From an uncultured bacterium (GTDB taxonomy: Bacteria > Planctomycetota > J058), in NCBI GenBank assembly GCA_937911525.1, contig CALDQK010000927.1, positions 1 to 48,112 of the forward strand: a stretch of DNA of 48,112 nucleotides. The letters run 5' to 3'. Under the pieces are notes generated by a model. The model had not been told where the DNA came from, did not search any database, and saw only the letters and a program-made list of their open reading frames with translations. Of the stretch, positions 29,160 to 40,567 are shown in pieces; positions within the stretch are counted from its first letter, which is position 1, and the number at the start of each line of letters is the position of its first letter. Made by a program: the position numbers and the translations under genes.

Positions 29160-30075
29160 TCCTCTCGGGGGCTCCGCCCTCCTCGGCCAGCACCTCGCTC
29201 ACCGCCGCGGCGAGCGCAGGCGCCAGCCCAATCTCATTGGTCGAATGCTCGATCGTGTCGCAAGTCACGATCTGCGCCGGGCCCGCGCCCTCCAGGGCCT
29301 GGAGGCCGTCGCTGGCGAAGACGGCGTGGATCCCCACGCACACCGTGGGCGGCATTCCGGCGCGGGCCAAGTGGCGCAGCGTTTCGACCATGGTCCGCGC
29401 GGTGGAGATGATGTCGTCGACCAGCACCGGGGTGTGGTCGCGGTAGCGGTCCACCTCAGGCACCGAGACCTCAACGTCCTTGTCCCCCCGCCGGACCTTC
29501 TCCAGCACGATGTGTGGGGCGCTGGCGAGCTCGGCGACCGACGAGACCCACTGCTCGCTCTCGCTGTCGGGGCCGACGAGCACGGGGCGCTCGACGTGCT
29601 CCCGGATCCAGTCGGCGACGGCCGGGGCTGCGTGGACGACGCGCGTCGGGATCGTGTAGCCGGACTCGGCGAGGGTCGCGTGGCGGTGCAGGTGGGGGTC
29701 GACCGTCACGAGCCAGTCGACCACCCGCGAGAGGAAGCGGCCGAAGTAGAGGCTCGTGATCCCTTCGCCGCTGTGGAAGCGCTTGTCCTGGCGCATGTAG
29801 GACAGGTAGGGCGCGACCAGGCCGACCCGGCGCGCCCCCAGGTCGCGCGCAGCCTCGGCCAGCATGACGAGGGGGACGACCTTCTCGTCGGGCTCATGCA
29901 GCGTGCACACCAACACGACCTCGCGGTCCCGGACGTCCGTTTCCAGGCGCACGTAGGTCTCGCCGTCCGGGAAGCGGCGCACCTCGGCGCTCCCCAACCC
30001 GCCCTCGAGCGCGGTCGCCAGGTCCGCCGCGAAGGCGTCGTTCCCGGGGAGGGCGAACACCAGCGGGAGGCTCAT
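29140..30075 (-). CDS. ribose-phosphate pyrophosphokinase (PRPP synthetase)-like protein
   Basis: Motifs present are RFPDGETYV, a VLVDDIISTARTM PRPP-binding loop and LVGPDSES. The start overlaps the upstream stop as ATGA and has a GGAGGAAGC RBS. Confidence 0.75.
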   Translation of the reverse strand: MSLPLVFALPGNDAFAADLATALEGGLGSAEVRRFPDGETYVRLETDVRDREVVLVCTLHEPDEKVVPLVMLAEAARDLGARRVGLVAPYLSYMRQDKRFHSGEGITSLYFGRFLSRVVDWLVTVDPHLHRHATLAESGYTIPTRVVHAAPAVADWIREHVERPVLVGPDSESEQWVSSVAELASAPHIVLEKVRRGDKDVEVSVPEVDRYRDHTPVLVDDIISTARTMVETLRHLARAGMPPTVCVGIHAVFASDGLQALEGAGPAQIVTCDTIEHSTNEIGLAPALAAAVSEVLAEEGGAPERNANESQ

Positions 30076-31619
30076 GCTTCCTCCTTGCCGAGCCGGACGA
30101 GGTCAGCCTCGCGCTCGAGGTAGTCGAGCGCATAGCCCAGCTCGCCCTTGGCTTGAGCGTGGAGCGTGAACAGCGGCTGCCCTGCCTCCACCGAGTCGCC
30201 GATGCCCACGTGCAGCTCGAGGCCCGCCGCCGGGTCGGCAGGCGCCCCGGCGAACTTGGCCACGCGCGACAGCCGCCGGTTGTCGAGCTCGAGCACCTGC
30301 CCTGCGCGCGTGGCTTCGACGGTGTGCGTCAACGCGGCGCGCGGGGGCTCACGAAGCCCGCCCTGGGCTTCGCAGATCGCCTGGAACTTGGACCAAGCGG
30401 CCCCGTCCTCCAGGACCCGCCGAGCCACGCGCGGACCTCCGCCCGCGCTGATGTTCGGCGAGAACTCCAGGACGGCGCCGGCGACGTCCAGCGCGCGCTC
30501 ACGCAGGTCGGCGGGGGCGTTCGGGTCGTTCTGGAGCACCGCCAGGACGTCGCGGGCCTCCAGGGCCGGCCCAAACCCCCGCCCGATCGGGCGCGAGCCG
30601 TCGGTGAGGAGCACGCGGACGTCGAGGTCGACCAGGCGACCCACGCCCTCCAGCAGGCGCCCGAGCTGCTGGGCCGTGTCGACGCTGCGGACCTTGGCCT
30701 TGGGCCCGTGGGGAATGTCGATCAGCACGTGGGTGGACCCGGCCGCTGCCTTCTTGGAGAGGACGGAGGCCACGAGCTGGCCGAGGCTGTCGAGGTCGAG
30801 CGCCCGCTCGACCCGGATCAGGATGTCGTCGGCAGGGCTGAGGCGGGAGCTCCCTCCCCACACCAGGCAGCCCCGCTCCCGCTCGACGACCCGGCGCATG
30901 GCGGCCTCGTCGAGGTCGACCGGCGCCAGGGTCTCCATGACGTCGGCGGTGCCGGCGGGCGACGTGATCGCGCGCGACGACGTCTTGGGGATCGTGAGCC
31001 CGCAGGCGGCTGCGACCGCGACGACGATCGGCGTCGTCCGGTTCCCGAGGAGCCCGCCCACGCAGTGTTTGTCGACGACGAGGTCGCTCTGCCACTCCAG
31101 GCGCTGTCCCGTGTCGATCATGGCTTGGGTCAGGGAGACGACCTCGTCGAAGTCCAGGGTGGCGGCGCAGGCCGTGATGAACGCGGACAGGTAAATGTCC
31201 GAGAGGCGACCGGCGACCACGTCCTCGACGACGTGCCGCATGGCCTCGCGCCCGAGGCGCTTGCCGTGGATCTTGCCGCGGATCGCGCCGTGCGACTCCA
31301 CGGCGGGCGCGTGGCGGAGGGTGACCTGGGTGCCCTCGCTGGCGTCGAGGCGACCCCACGCCGCCTCGGAGAGGCCCGCCTCGCCCGGCGCGAGGAGCCC
31401 TCCTGGGGTCGTCTGGTTGACGGTCGCCAGGATCGAGTGCCCGTTGGCGCTCACGAGCACCCGCGAGCGCGCCTGGAAGCCCTCGGCCCGGCAGACATGG
31501 CAGTCGCTGGGCATGTAGATCACGGCCTCCTGGTGGGTGTCGATCCCCAGGCGGCGCAGGGTGAGGGGGTGCTGCCCGTCCCCGTGCGCGTCGCAGCAGG
31601 ATGGTTCCTGGGCGGTCAT
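30072..31619 (-). CDS. thymidine/AMP phosphorylase family protein (long archaeal-DeoA-like form)
   Basis: The true start is ATG 31619 (MTAQEPSCC...), overlapping the MBL stop as ATGA. The protein has DKHCVGGLLGNRTTPIVVAVAAACGL and SSRAITSPAGTADVMETL glycosyl-transferase-family-3 motifs. An extra N-terminal domain brings it to 515 aa. Confidence 0.75.
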   Translation of the reverse strand: MTAQEPSCCDAHGDGQHPLTLRRLGIDTHQEAVIYMPSDCHVCRAEGFQARSRVLVSANGHSILATVNQTTPGGLLAPGEAGLSEAAWGRLDASEGTQVTLRHAPAVESHGAIRGKIHGKRLGREAMRHVVEDVVAGRLSDIYLSAFITACAATLDFDEVVSLTQAMIDTGQRLEWQSDLVVDKHCVGGLLGNRTTPIVVAVAAACGLTIPKTSSRAITSPAGTADVMETLAPVDLDEAAMRRVVERERGCLVWGGSSRLSPADDILIRVERALDLDSLGQLVASVLSKKAAAGSTHVLIDIPHGPKAKVRSVDTAQQLGRLLEGVGRLVDLDVRVLLTDGSRPIGRGFGPALEARDVLAVLQNDPNAPADLRERALDVAGAVLEFSPNISAGGGPRVARRVLEDGAAWSKFQAICEAQGGLREPPRAALTHTVEATRAGQVLELDNRRLSRVAKFAGAPADPAAGLELHVGIGDSVEAGQPLFTLHAQAKGELGYALDYLEREADLVRLGKEEA

Positions 31620-33004
31620 GACGTGCCTCCTCTCCGGGGGAGTTCCACCCGGTCGCCGTGCTCGGGGACGGTGCAGGGCCACCCCAGCTCGTCTGCGATG
31701 CGCTTTCGCAGCCCCTCGGAGCCGGTCGGCTCGCCGTGGGTGATGAACGTCCGCAGGGGCGGGCGCTCGAACCCGCCCAGCCAGGCCAAGATCTCGCGGT
31801 AGTCGGCGTGTGCAGAGAGCCCGTCGATGCAGGCGACCTCTGCGCGGATCTTCACCTGCCCGCCGTGGACCTTCACGGACTTCGCGCCGCCCAGGAGTTG
31901 CGCTCCACGGGTGCCGCCGGCCTGGAAGCCAATGAACAGGATCGTCGAGTTGCGATCCGGCGCGATGTGCTTGAGGTGGTGGAGCACGCGACCGCCAGTG
32001 AGCATGCCGCTCGCCGAGAGGACGATCCGGGGGTCCTTTCGGAGGTTGAGCTCCTTCGACTCGTCCACGCTCCGCACGTAGCGAGCGACGTTGCAGGTCC
32101 GCTTGCAGGTCGGCCCGTCGAGCCGGTGCTCTCGCATGTGCTTGCAGTAGATCTCCATGGCCGAGACCGCCATGGGGCTGTCCAGGAACACAGGCACGTC
32201 CGGGATCCGCTCCTCCGCCATGAGCTTCTGCAGCAGGTAGAGCAGGGCGTGGGCTCGCCCGACGGCGAAGGTGGGAATGAGCACGGCGCCTCCACGCTCG
32301 CACGTCTCCGCGACGACTTCAGCCAGGCGCTCCTCGACGTCGGTCTCCTCATGGAGCCGGTCGCCGTAAGTCGACTCGACCACCAGGTAGTCCGGGCGCC
32401 CGCCCGCGGCGGGCGGATACATGACCGGGTCGTGTGGGCGGCCGAGGTCACCGGTGAACAGGATCGAGCGCTCCGGGCCCGTGAAGCGGACCAGGGCCGA
32501 CCCGAGGATGTGACCGGCCGGCGCGAGGCTGAAGCTGAGACCCTGCTCGAGCTGGACGGCCTCGTCGAAGGGGACGGGCTCGAACTGCTCCAGCGCCACC
32601 TCCGCGTCCTCCTGGGTGTAGAGGGGCAAGGCGGGCTTGTGCTTCGAGAAACCCTTCTTGTTCGCGTAGCGGGCGTCGGCCTCCTGAATGTGGCCGGAGT
32701 CCCGCAGGAGCAGGCCGCACAGGTCCTGGGTGGCGTGAGAGGCGTGGATCGGCCCCTTGAATCCGTTCTTGACCAGCAAGGGCAGGTAGCCGCTGTGGTC
32801 GAGGTGGGCGTGGGTGAGGACGACGGCGTCGATCGTCTTGGGATCGACGGGCAGGGGCGCCCAGTTGCGGAGGCGCAGCTCCTTCCAGCCCTGGAACAAG
32901 CCGCAGTCGACCAGGACGCGCTTGCCGGACCACTTCAGCAGGTACTTCGACCCGGTAACCGTCCCCGTGCCGCCGAGAAATGTGAGCGTGGGGTTAGCAG
33001 TCAT
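31616..33004 (-). CDS. MBL-fold beta-CASP hydrolase (RNA-metabolising metallo-beta-lactamase family)
   Basis: Motifs present are HAHLDHSG (HxHxDH), a beta-CASP-type middle region and a C-terminal GLSAHAD. The RBS is GGAGGAG. Confidence 0.8.
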   Translation of the reverse strand: MTANPTLTFLGGTGTVTGSKYLLKWSGKRVLVDCGLFQGWKELRLRNWAPLPVDPKTIDAVVLTHAHLDHSGYLPLLVKNGFKGPIHASHATQDLCGLLLRDSGHIQEADARYANKKGFSKHKPALPLYTQEDAEVALEQFEPVPFDEAVQLEQGLSFSLAPAGHILGSALVRFTGPERSILFTGDLGRPHDPVMYPPAAGGRPDYLVVESTYGDRLHEETDVEERLAEVVAETCERGGAVLIPTFAVGRAHALLYLLQKLMAEERIPDVPVFLDSPMAVSAMEIYCKHMREHRLDGPTCKRTCNVARYVRSVDESKELNLRKDPRIVLSASGMLTGGRVLHHLKHIAPDRNSTILFIGFQAGGTRGAQLLGGAKSVKVHGGQVKIRAEVACIDGLSAHADYREILAWLGGFERPPLRTFITHGEPTGSEGLRKRIADELGWPCTVPEHGDRVELPRRGGTS

Positions 33005-33013
33005 GGCTCCTCC

Positions 33014-33304
33014 TCACTGAGCGGCGCACTGCGGGCACTCCTGCACGATCAGCCGGCACTTCGAGCAGTAGTGCACAGTCCCAGGCGGGGTGATCTCGTT
33101 GTTGTAGTCGACCTCGGTCTCGCACTTCGGGCACACGTGGCGATCGACGGTCAGAACCTCGAACACCGTGGTGCGGGTCTGCTCGCTGCAGCTCGGACAC
33201 ACCGGGCTCGCCTCCTCCTTCACTACCTGCCCCGGCGTCGCGCAACCTGGCAGACCCAGGCCGATCGCGAGCGCGGCCGCCAGCGTGAACGTCCTCCAGC
33301 TCAT
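33014..33304 (-). CDS. small lipoprotein with four CxxC pairs (8 Cys)
   Basis: The N-terminus is MSWRTFTLAAALAIGLGLPGC (lipobox), followed by CPSC, CPKC, CSKC and CPQC. A GAGGAG RBS is present. It is a paralogue of the 43686-43991 product. Confidence 0.7.
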   Translation of the reverse strand: MSWRTFTLAAALAIGLGLPGCATPGQVVKEEASPVCPSCSEQTRTTVFEVLTVDRHVCPKCETEVDYNNEITPPGTVHYCSKCRLIVQECPQCAAQ

Positions 33305-33314
33305 GAACTTCTCC

Positions 33315-34157
33315 TCACGGCGCCATGGCCGCGATGTGGCGCTGCGAGAGCACCTCGAGCATTTCCTGCGTGATCCCCTCCTGGCGAGCCTTGCGGAGCA
33401 CGCGCTCCTGCTCGGCGATCCGCCGCTCCGCGGACTCGTGGGCGCGGGTCATGCGCGCCAGGCGAACGCTGGCTTCTGCCCGCGCGCCTTCGCAGGCGGC
33501 GTGCAGGATGCGCGCGTGAGCGAGGAGCGACCGCGCGCGGGTGTGCGCGACGTCGGCGGGAGCGAACTGAGCCAGGGGTCGGGCGAGGGCTGCCCGCGCC
33601 TCCGCCAGCCCCGCGAGGTCGCTCCCGACGTCCCAGGAGGTCTCGACCTGGGGGCTCCCGCCGCGGGAGACCCCGGTGGCGGAGACGATGCACAGGCGCG
33701 TCCTGAGCCCCGCGTCCCCGACCTCAGCCTCGACGCGCTCGGCGAGCTCGACGGCGGCGGCCATGCTGGACGGCGCTGGCTCCTCCAGGCGGGGGACGTC
33801 GTCCGGGAGCAGGTCCAGCAGCCGCGCCCCACACGCCGCGAACAGGACGACCTGCTGCTCCTCGACCACCTGGAGCGCGGCGTCGGCCACCAAGCGGTTG
33901 AGACGTCCGCAGAGCCCGAGGTCCGTCCCCAGCGCGAGGACCGCGCAGGTGGCGGGGGGACGACGCCGGTGGCGGTCTTCCCAGCGCTGGACGCGCTCGT
34001 GGAACGCCTGGCTCCAGGCGAGCTGACGGCGCGTGTGGGCGACCTGCGCGTTCCAACGCAGGACCTGTGCCGCCGCCAGCGACCGGGTGGCGTGGGCGAC
34101 GTCGCGGAAGCTCCGCCACGCCTTGAGTCGCTCCTCCAGCGCCCGGACGGCCTTCAC
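33315..34157 (-). CDS. atpG: N-ATPase gamma subunit
   Basis: The 280-aa ORF is the last gene of an atpDCQRBEFAG-ordered cluster. Its GTG start overlaps the alpha subunit stop. A gamma-like helical N-terminus and C-terminus are present. Confidence 0.75.
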   Translation of the reverse strand: MKAVRALEERLKAWRSFRDVAHATRSLAAAQVLRWNAQVAHTRRQLAWSQAFHERVQRWEDRHRRRPPATCAVLALGTDLGLCGRLNRLVADAALQVVEEQQVVLFAACGARLLDLLPDDVPRLEEPAPSSMAAAVELAERVEAEVGDAGLRTRLCIVSATGVSRGGSPQVETSWDVGSDLAGLAEARAALARPLAQFAPADVAHTRARSLLAHARILHAACEGARAEASVRLARMTRAHESAERRIAEQERVLRKARQEGITQEMLEVLSQRHIAAMAP

Positions 34158-35689
34158 GTGGTCCTCCCCGCTGGCTGCGGCGCCAGCGCTGTCTCGGCAG
34201 CCTCCTTCAGGGCGTCGAGCTGGGCCTGGGGCGGGAGGTGCCCTTGCTCCAGCTCGCTCCAGGCGGCGGGATCGCGCTCACGCATGGCCGCCAGCGCCCG
34301 ATCCAGCGCGTCGTCCAGCTCGTCGACGGGGATCTGCGCGACAGCGTCGGTGTCGAGCGCGAGCACCTGCGCCACGGACTCGGCCCACCCCAAGGCTTCG
34401 CCTCGCTCCTGGCGCAACGCGCGGCGCACGCGACGCCCCCACTCGATCAGCTGCTGCGCCTCGCTCTCCAGGCGAGAGCCGAAGCGGGCGAAGACCTCGA
34501 ACTCGAGGAACTGGGCGTATTGGTTCTTCAGCGGCCCCGCCACGCGCTTGAGCGCCTGGGGCTGGGCCTTGCCGCCGACGCGCGAGACCGAGAGGGACAC
34601 GTCCACGGCCGGGATCTGGTCGGCAGCGGCCAGCGCCGTGTCGAGCCGGATCTGCCCGTCGGTGATCGACACGATGTTCGTGGGGACGAAGGCGGAGAGA
34701 TCCCCGGCCTGGGTCTCGACGATCGGGAGCGCGGTCAGGGAGCCCCCGCCGCTGGCGCGTCCGAGCTGGGTCGCCCGCTCCAGCAGGCGGGCGTGGGCGA
34801 AGAACACGTCCGCCGGGAAGGCCTCGCGACCTACGGGACGGCCGAGGAGGAGGGCCAGCGAGCGGTGGACGTGGGCGTGGGTCGTCAGGTCGTCGTAGAC
34901 GATCAGCACGTCGCGCCCGGCGCGCATCAGGTCCTCGGCCATGGCGGTGGCGCTGTAGGGGGCCAGGTGGATCAGCCCGAGCGGGTCGTCGGCGTCCGAG
35001 GTGACGACGAATCCGCGCTCCAGCACGCCAGCCGCGCGCAACCACTCGACGTTGGCGGCGACCTCGGCGCCGCGGCGGCCAACGGCGACGTAGATCGCGA
35101 CCACGTCGGGGTCCTGCGCGGCGAGGATGTCCAGGCAGAGCTCCGTCTTGCCGGTCGAGCGGTCTCCGACGATGAGCTGTCGCTGGCCCCGGCCCACGGG
35201 GATCATGGTGTCGAGGACGAACACGCCGGTCCGCAGCGGCCGCGAGACCGGCTCCCGCTCCTCGAGCGCGATCGGCGGCCCGTCCACCAGCACCCGGCGC
35301 CGGGCCCGCAGCGGCCCCTGGCCATCGCGTGGTTGGCCCAGCGGGTCGACGACCCGGCCGATCAGCTCGGGTCCCGCCGGGACGTCGAGCACGCGCCCCA
35401 GCCGGCGTACGGGGTCGCCGGCCTCGACCTGCTCGGGGTCACCCATGAGCACGAGGCGCATGACGTCGCGGGTGATCGCGTCCACCCGGGCCGCCACGCC
35501 GTTCACGTCCAACAGCTCTCCGGCGAGGGGCTCGTCCAGCCCGGTCGCCAGGGCGACCCCGTCACCCGCCCGGCTCACCCGCCCCAAGCGCACCAGGTCG
35601 ACGCGGGGGCGGGCGCGGTCCAGCCCGCGGCGAAGGCGCTCCAGCGCCTCCGCGCCTGACTGCTGGTGCTCCTGCTCGCGCTCGGTCAC
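34154..35689 (-). CDS. atpA: N-ATPase alpha subunit
   Basis: Walker A GDRSTGKT, DDLTTHA and typical alpha-subunit length and layout. Confidence 0.9.
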   Translation of the reverse strand: MTEREQEHQQSGAEALERLRRGLDRARPRVDLVRLGRVSRAGDGVALATGLDEPLAGELLDVNGVAARVDAITRDVMRLVLMGDPEQVEAGDPVRRLGRVLDVPAGPELIGRVVDPLGQPRDGQGPLRARRRVLVDGPPIALEEREPVSRPLRTGVFVLDTMIPVGRGQRQLIVGDRSTGKTELCLDILAAQDPDVVAIYVAVGRRGAEVAANVEWLRAAGVLERGFVVTSDADDPLGLIHLAPYSATAMAEDLMRAGRDVLIVYDDLTTHAHVHRSLALLLGRPVGREAFPADVFFAHARLLERATQLGRASGGGSLTALPIVETQAGDLSAFVPTNIVSITDGQIRLDTALAAADQIPAVDVSLSVSRVGGKAQPQALKRVAGPLKNQYAQFLEFEVFARFGSRLESEAQQLIEWGRRVRRALRQERGEALGWAESVAQVLALDTDAVAQIPVDELDDALDRALAAMRERDPAAWSELEQGHLPPQAQLDALKEAAETALAPQPAGRTT

Positions 35690-36414
35690 GCGGGCTCCTC
35701 GGCCGCGTTGGCCTCGTCCAGCTCGGTGAGCCAGCGCTTCAAGGCGGCCCCGGCGCTGGCGTCGACCTCCAGGTCGCGGAAGGCGAAGCGGACGCCGCCG
35801 ACCAGCTCCGGGTCGGCGTCGGTCTGGAGCGCGCAGCGGTCGTGGAGCACCTTGCCGACGACCTGCCGCACGTCGTCAGGGTCGGCGTCCGGGCTGGTCC
35901 AGAGGCGGACGGTGGCGTCCTGCGGCAGCGCCCCCGCCTCCAGGAGACGCCGCGCGCCCTCTCGGGCGTAGGCCGTGGCGATGCTCGTCTCCGACATGCC
36001 CGCCACGACCTTGGCGGCGCCCTGGACGGAGAGGGCCACCACCTGATCGCGCAGACTCTCCAGCGAGCGGAGGCGGGCGAGCTCGAGGTCCGTCTGGTGG
36101 CGTTCCCGCGCCTGGTCCATGTCGCGTCGAGCGGCGGCGACGATGTGCTCGGCCTTCTCCTCGGCCTCCCGGCGGACCTCCGCTCGCAGCCGCTCCCCCT
36201 CCTGCTCGGCGCCCGCGATCTTGGCCCGGTACTCGTCGCGCAGCGCGGCCGCCTCGGCCTGCTGCGCGGCGAGCTCGGCGTTGCGCTGCTCGATCTCGGA
36301 CCGGCGCGCGGCGAGGGCCTCGCGGACGGGTCGGAACAGGAAGCGGCCGAGCAGGACCATCAACACCACGAAGTTGAGGAGCTCGAACAGGACCAGGCGC
36401 CAGTCGATGGACAC
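35686..36414 (-). CDS. atpF: N-ATPase b subunit with delta-like C-terminal extension
   Basis: An N-terminal TM helix is followed by a long charged helix and an extra ~90-aa C-terminal domain. There is no separate atpH in the cluster. Confidence 0.75.
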   Translation of the reverse strand: MSIDWRLVLFELLNFVVLMVLLGRFLFRPVREALAARRSEIEQRNAELAAQQAEAAALRDEYRAKIAGAEQEGERLRAEVRREAEEKAEHIVAAARRDMDQARERHQTDLELARLRSLESLRDQVVALSVQGAAKVVAGMSETSIATAYAREGARRLLEAGALPQDATVRLWTSPDADPDDVRQVVGKVLHDRCALQTDADPELVGGVRFAFRDLEVDASAGAALKRWLTELDEANAAEEPA

Positions 36415-36423
36415 GTCGTCGAC

Positions 36424-36678
36424 CTAGGGGAGGAGGGGGTTGGCGAACAGGAGGATCAGCGCGATCACCAGGCAGTAGATCGCGGTCGACTCGACCATGG
36501 CCATGCCGACGAACAGCGTGCGGGTCAGGGTCGAGGCCGACTCTGGTTGCCGCGCGATGGCGTCCAGCGCGGCTGCCAGGCCGCGCCCTTCGCCGAGGGC
36601 AGAGCCGATCGACCCGAGCGCGACCGTGAACCCGGCCGTGGCGATGGAGATGAACGTGATCAGGGCTTGGTCGCTCAT
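36424..36678 (-). CDS. atpE: N-ATPase c subunit, Na+-binding type
   Basis: The true start is ATG 36678 (MSDQALITF...), giving 84 aa. ARQPE in helix 1 and [20 protein letters not shown] in helix 2 match the Q/E/S/T/Y Na+ site of the Ilyobacter tartaricus c ring. Confidence 0.85.
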   Translation of the reverse strand: [84 protein letters not shown]

Positions 36679-37355
36679 GCGGCCTCCTGGGGGGTGCGAT
36701 CGCGCCGCTCGACTTGAACGGCGGCCGCGATGTAGACGGCGGCGAGGATCCCGAAGATGTAGGCCTGGATCAGGCCAGTGAGCAGACCCAGCACGAGCAG
36801 CGGGACGGGCACCAGCACGCCCGCGACCAGCAGCACGATCGCCCCGATCATTTGTCCGCTCATGACGTTCCCGAACAGGCGGACGCAGAGCGCGAGGGTG
36901 CGCGTCAGCTCGCCGATGATGTTCAGGGGCAGCAGGATCGGGCTCGGCTTGGCGTAGCGGCGCAGGTACTCCCACAGGCCGTGTCGGCGGATCCCGAAGT
37001 AGGGGACGGCGACGAACACCACCAGGGCCAGGGCGACCGCGGTCGAGAGCTCGGCCGTGGGTGGCCGCAGGAAGGGCACCACCGAGAGGCAGTTGCTGAC
37101 GGCGATGAACAGCATCAGGGTCCCGATCAGCGACACGTAGGGCGTGGGGTCTTCCTCCACGACCTCCGAGACCGTCTGCTCGATCCAACCCGCGAACAGC
37201 TCGATCCCCGTCTGCCAGAGCGTGAGCCCCGAGGTCTGCAGCCGCCTGGATGCAAGGGCGCACAGGCCGACCAGGAGCACCGTGAGCCCGAGCGTGATGA
37301 ACACGACGTCGGGGACGTCCCAGCCGAGAATGGGGATCGTGAACTGCGGGTTCAC
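36675..37355 (-). CDS. atpB: N-ATPase a subunit
   Basis: The GTG at 37355 overlaps the atpR stop, with GGAGG upstream. A conserved LCVRLFGNVMSG (stator Arg) motif is present. Confidence 0.85.
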   Translation of the reverse strand: MNPQFTIPILGWDVPDVVFITLGLTVLLVGLCALASRRLQTSGLTLWQTGIELFAGWIEQTVSEVVEEDPTPYVSLIGTLMLFIAVSNCLSVVPFLRPPTAELSTAVALALVVFVAVPYFGIRRHGLWEYLRRYAKPSPILLPLNIIGELTRTLALCVRLFGNVMSGQMIGAIVLLVAGVLVPVPLLVLGLLTGLIQAYIFGILAAVYIAAAVQVERRDRTPQEAA

Positions 37356-37642
37356 GAGGTGACCTCCGCGGTCGGGTGGCCCTGTGACAGCCGCCAGCGC
37401 GCAGCGAGCCCGCCCAGGACGAAGCCCACCAGCCCGCCGCAGAGCGGGAGGAGGCCCCCGAAGCTCGAGGCGAAGAGCAGGCCCGCAGGCAGGGCGACCC
37501 GGAGGGGCGCGCCGAGGAGCAGGGACGCCGCGCTCTGCCGCTCGACCGCGCCTTCGACCCCCTTGAGGAGGAGCCGGGCGTGGACGGCCGCCGAGAGCGC
37601 GCCGGCCAGGAACCACAGCGAGACGATCAGCAGCGCGTTCAT
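37352..37642 (-). CDS. atpR: N-ATPase-specific small membrane protein AtpR
   Basis: The 96-aa protein has three hydrophobic helices with an intramembrane Arg. Its position between atpQ and atpB matches described N-ATPase operons. Confidence 0.65.
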   Translation of the reverse strand: MNALLIVSLWFLAGALSAAVHARLLLKGVEGAVERQSAASLLLGAPLRVALPAGLLFASSFGGLLPLCGGLVGFVLGGLAARWRLSQGHPTAEVTS

Positions 37643-38024
37643 GTCCCGTTCTCCTCAGCCTCCTGGATCGTCCTCCAGAAGAAGTAGCCGCCCATGCCCA
37701 GGCCCAGGAAGAGGAGGCCGATGGCCCAGGTGATCCCCGTGTCGAGGCGCATGTCGATCAGGTGACCCAGGAATGCCCCCAGGACCGGCGGCAGGGCGAT
37801 CAGCCAGCCGAGCGTCCCCACCTGGGCGACGGTCCGCCACAGGCTGCCCGCGGGCTCTCGTGAGGCCCTCAGGCGCTCGGTCTTCTGCCGCTCGATCCGA
37901 TCGATCAGCACGCGGTCGGTGGGATGGCGCGAGCGGGGGAGCCCCTCGTCCTCGGGGGCCTCAGGCTCCCCCTGGGGCGGCGTCGCCGGCTGCTGCGCGT
38001 CTTCCGGGCGAGGCGGGGACTCGG

Positions 38025-38028
<4 letters not shown>
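37639..38028 (-). CDS. atpQ: N-ATPase AtpQ (AtpI-like) membrane protein
   Basis: The GTG at 38028 overlaps the epsilon stop (GTGA). A Pro/Glu-rich N-terminus is followed by two TM helices (VGTLGWLIALPPVLGAFLG; ITWAIGLLFLGLGMGGYFFW). The ORF-track N-terminal extension lies inside atpC. The start is uncertain. Confidence 0.6.
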
Positions 38029-40376
<2,348 letters not shown>

Positions 40377-40401
40377 GCTTCCTCCAGTGCGCTGAACCGT
40401 G

Positions 40402-40417
40402 TGCACATTTCAGGCCA
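40402..40417 (-). promoter_or_regulatory. possible sigma54 promoter for the DUF2231/N-ATPase operon
   Basis: The minus strand reads TGGCCT-gaaat-GTGCA with exact GG-N10-GC spacing. The predicted transcription start is about 15 nt upstream of the 40376 ATG, leaving the GGAGG RBS in the leader. Confidence 0.4.
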
Positions 40418-40470
40418 CAGTCAGCAACGTGGCGCCGCCGTCCGCAGCGAACCCGCGAACCTGCGCTGCG

Positions 40471-40527
40471 TTTCAGGTCTGCAAGTTCCCCGTCCTCTGG
40501 GAAGCAGGTCCTGTTTCAGATCTGAAA
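40471..40527. promoter_or_regulatory. two copies of the TTTCAGATCTGAAA motif (40471-40484 degenerate, 40514-40527 perfect)
   Basis: TTTCAGGTCTGCAA matches 12 of 14 positions and TTTCAGATCTGAAA matches 14 of 14. The latter extends to GTTTCAGATCTGAAATGCC, matching the 27787 palindrome. Both lie between divergent -24/-12 elements. Confidence 0.55.
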
Positions 40528-40567
40528 TGCCACCCCCACACTCCCTTGTTAGAAGGTCGAGGTGCGA

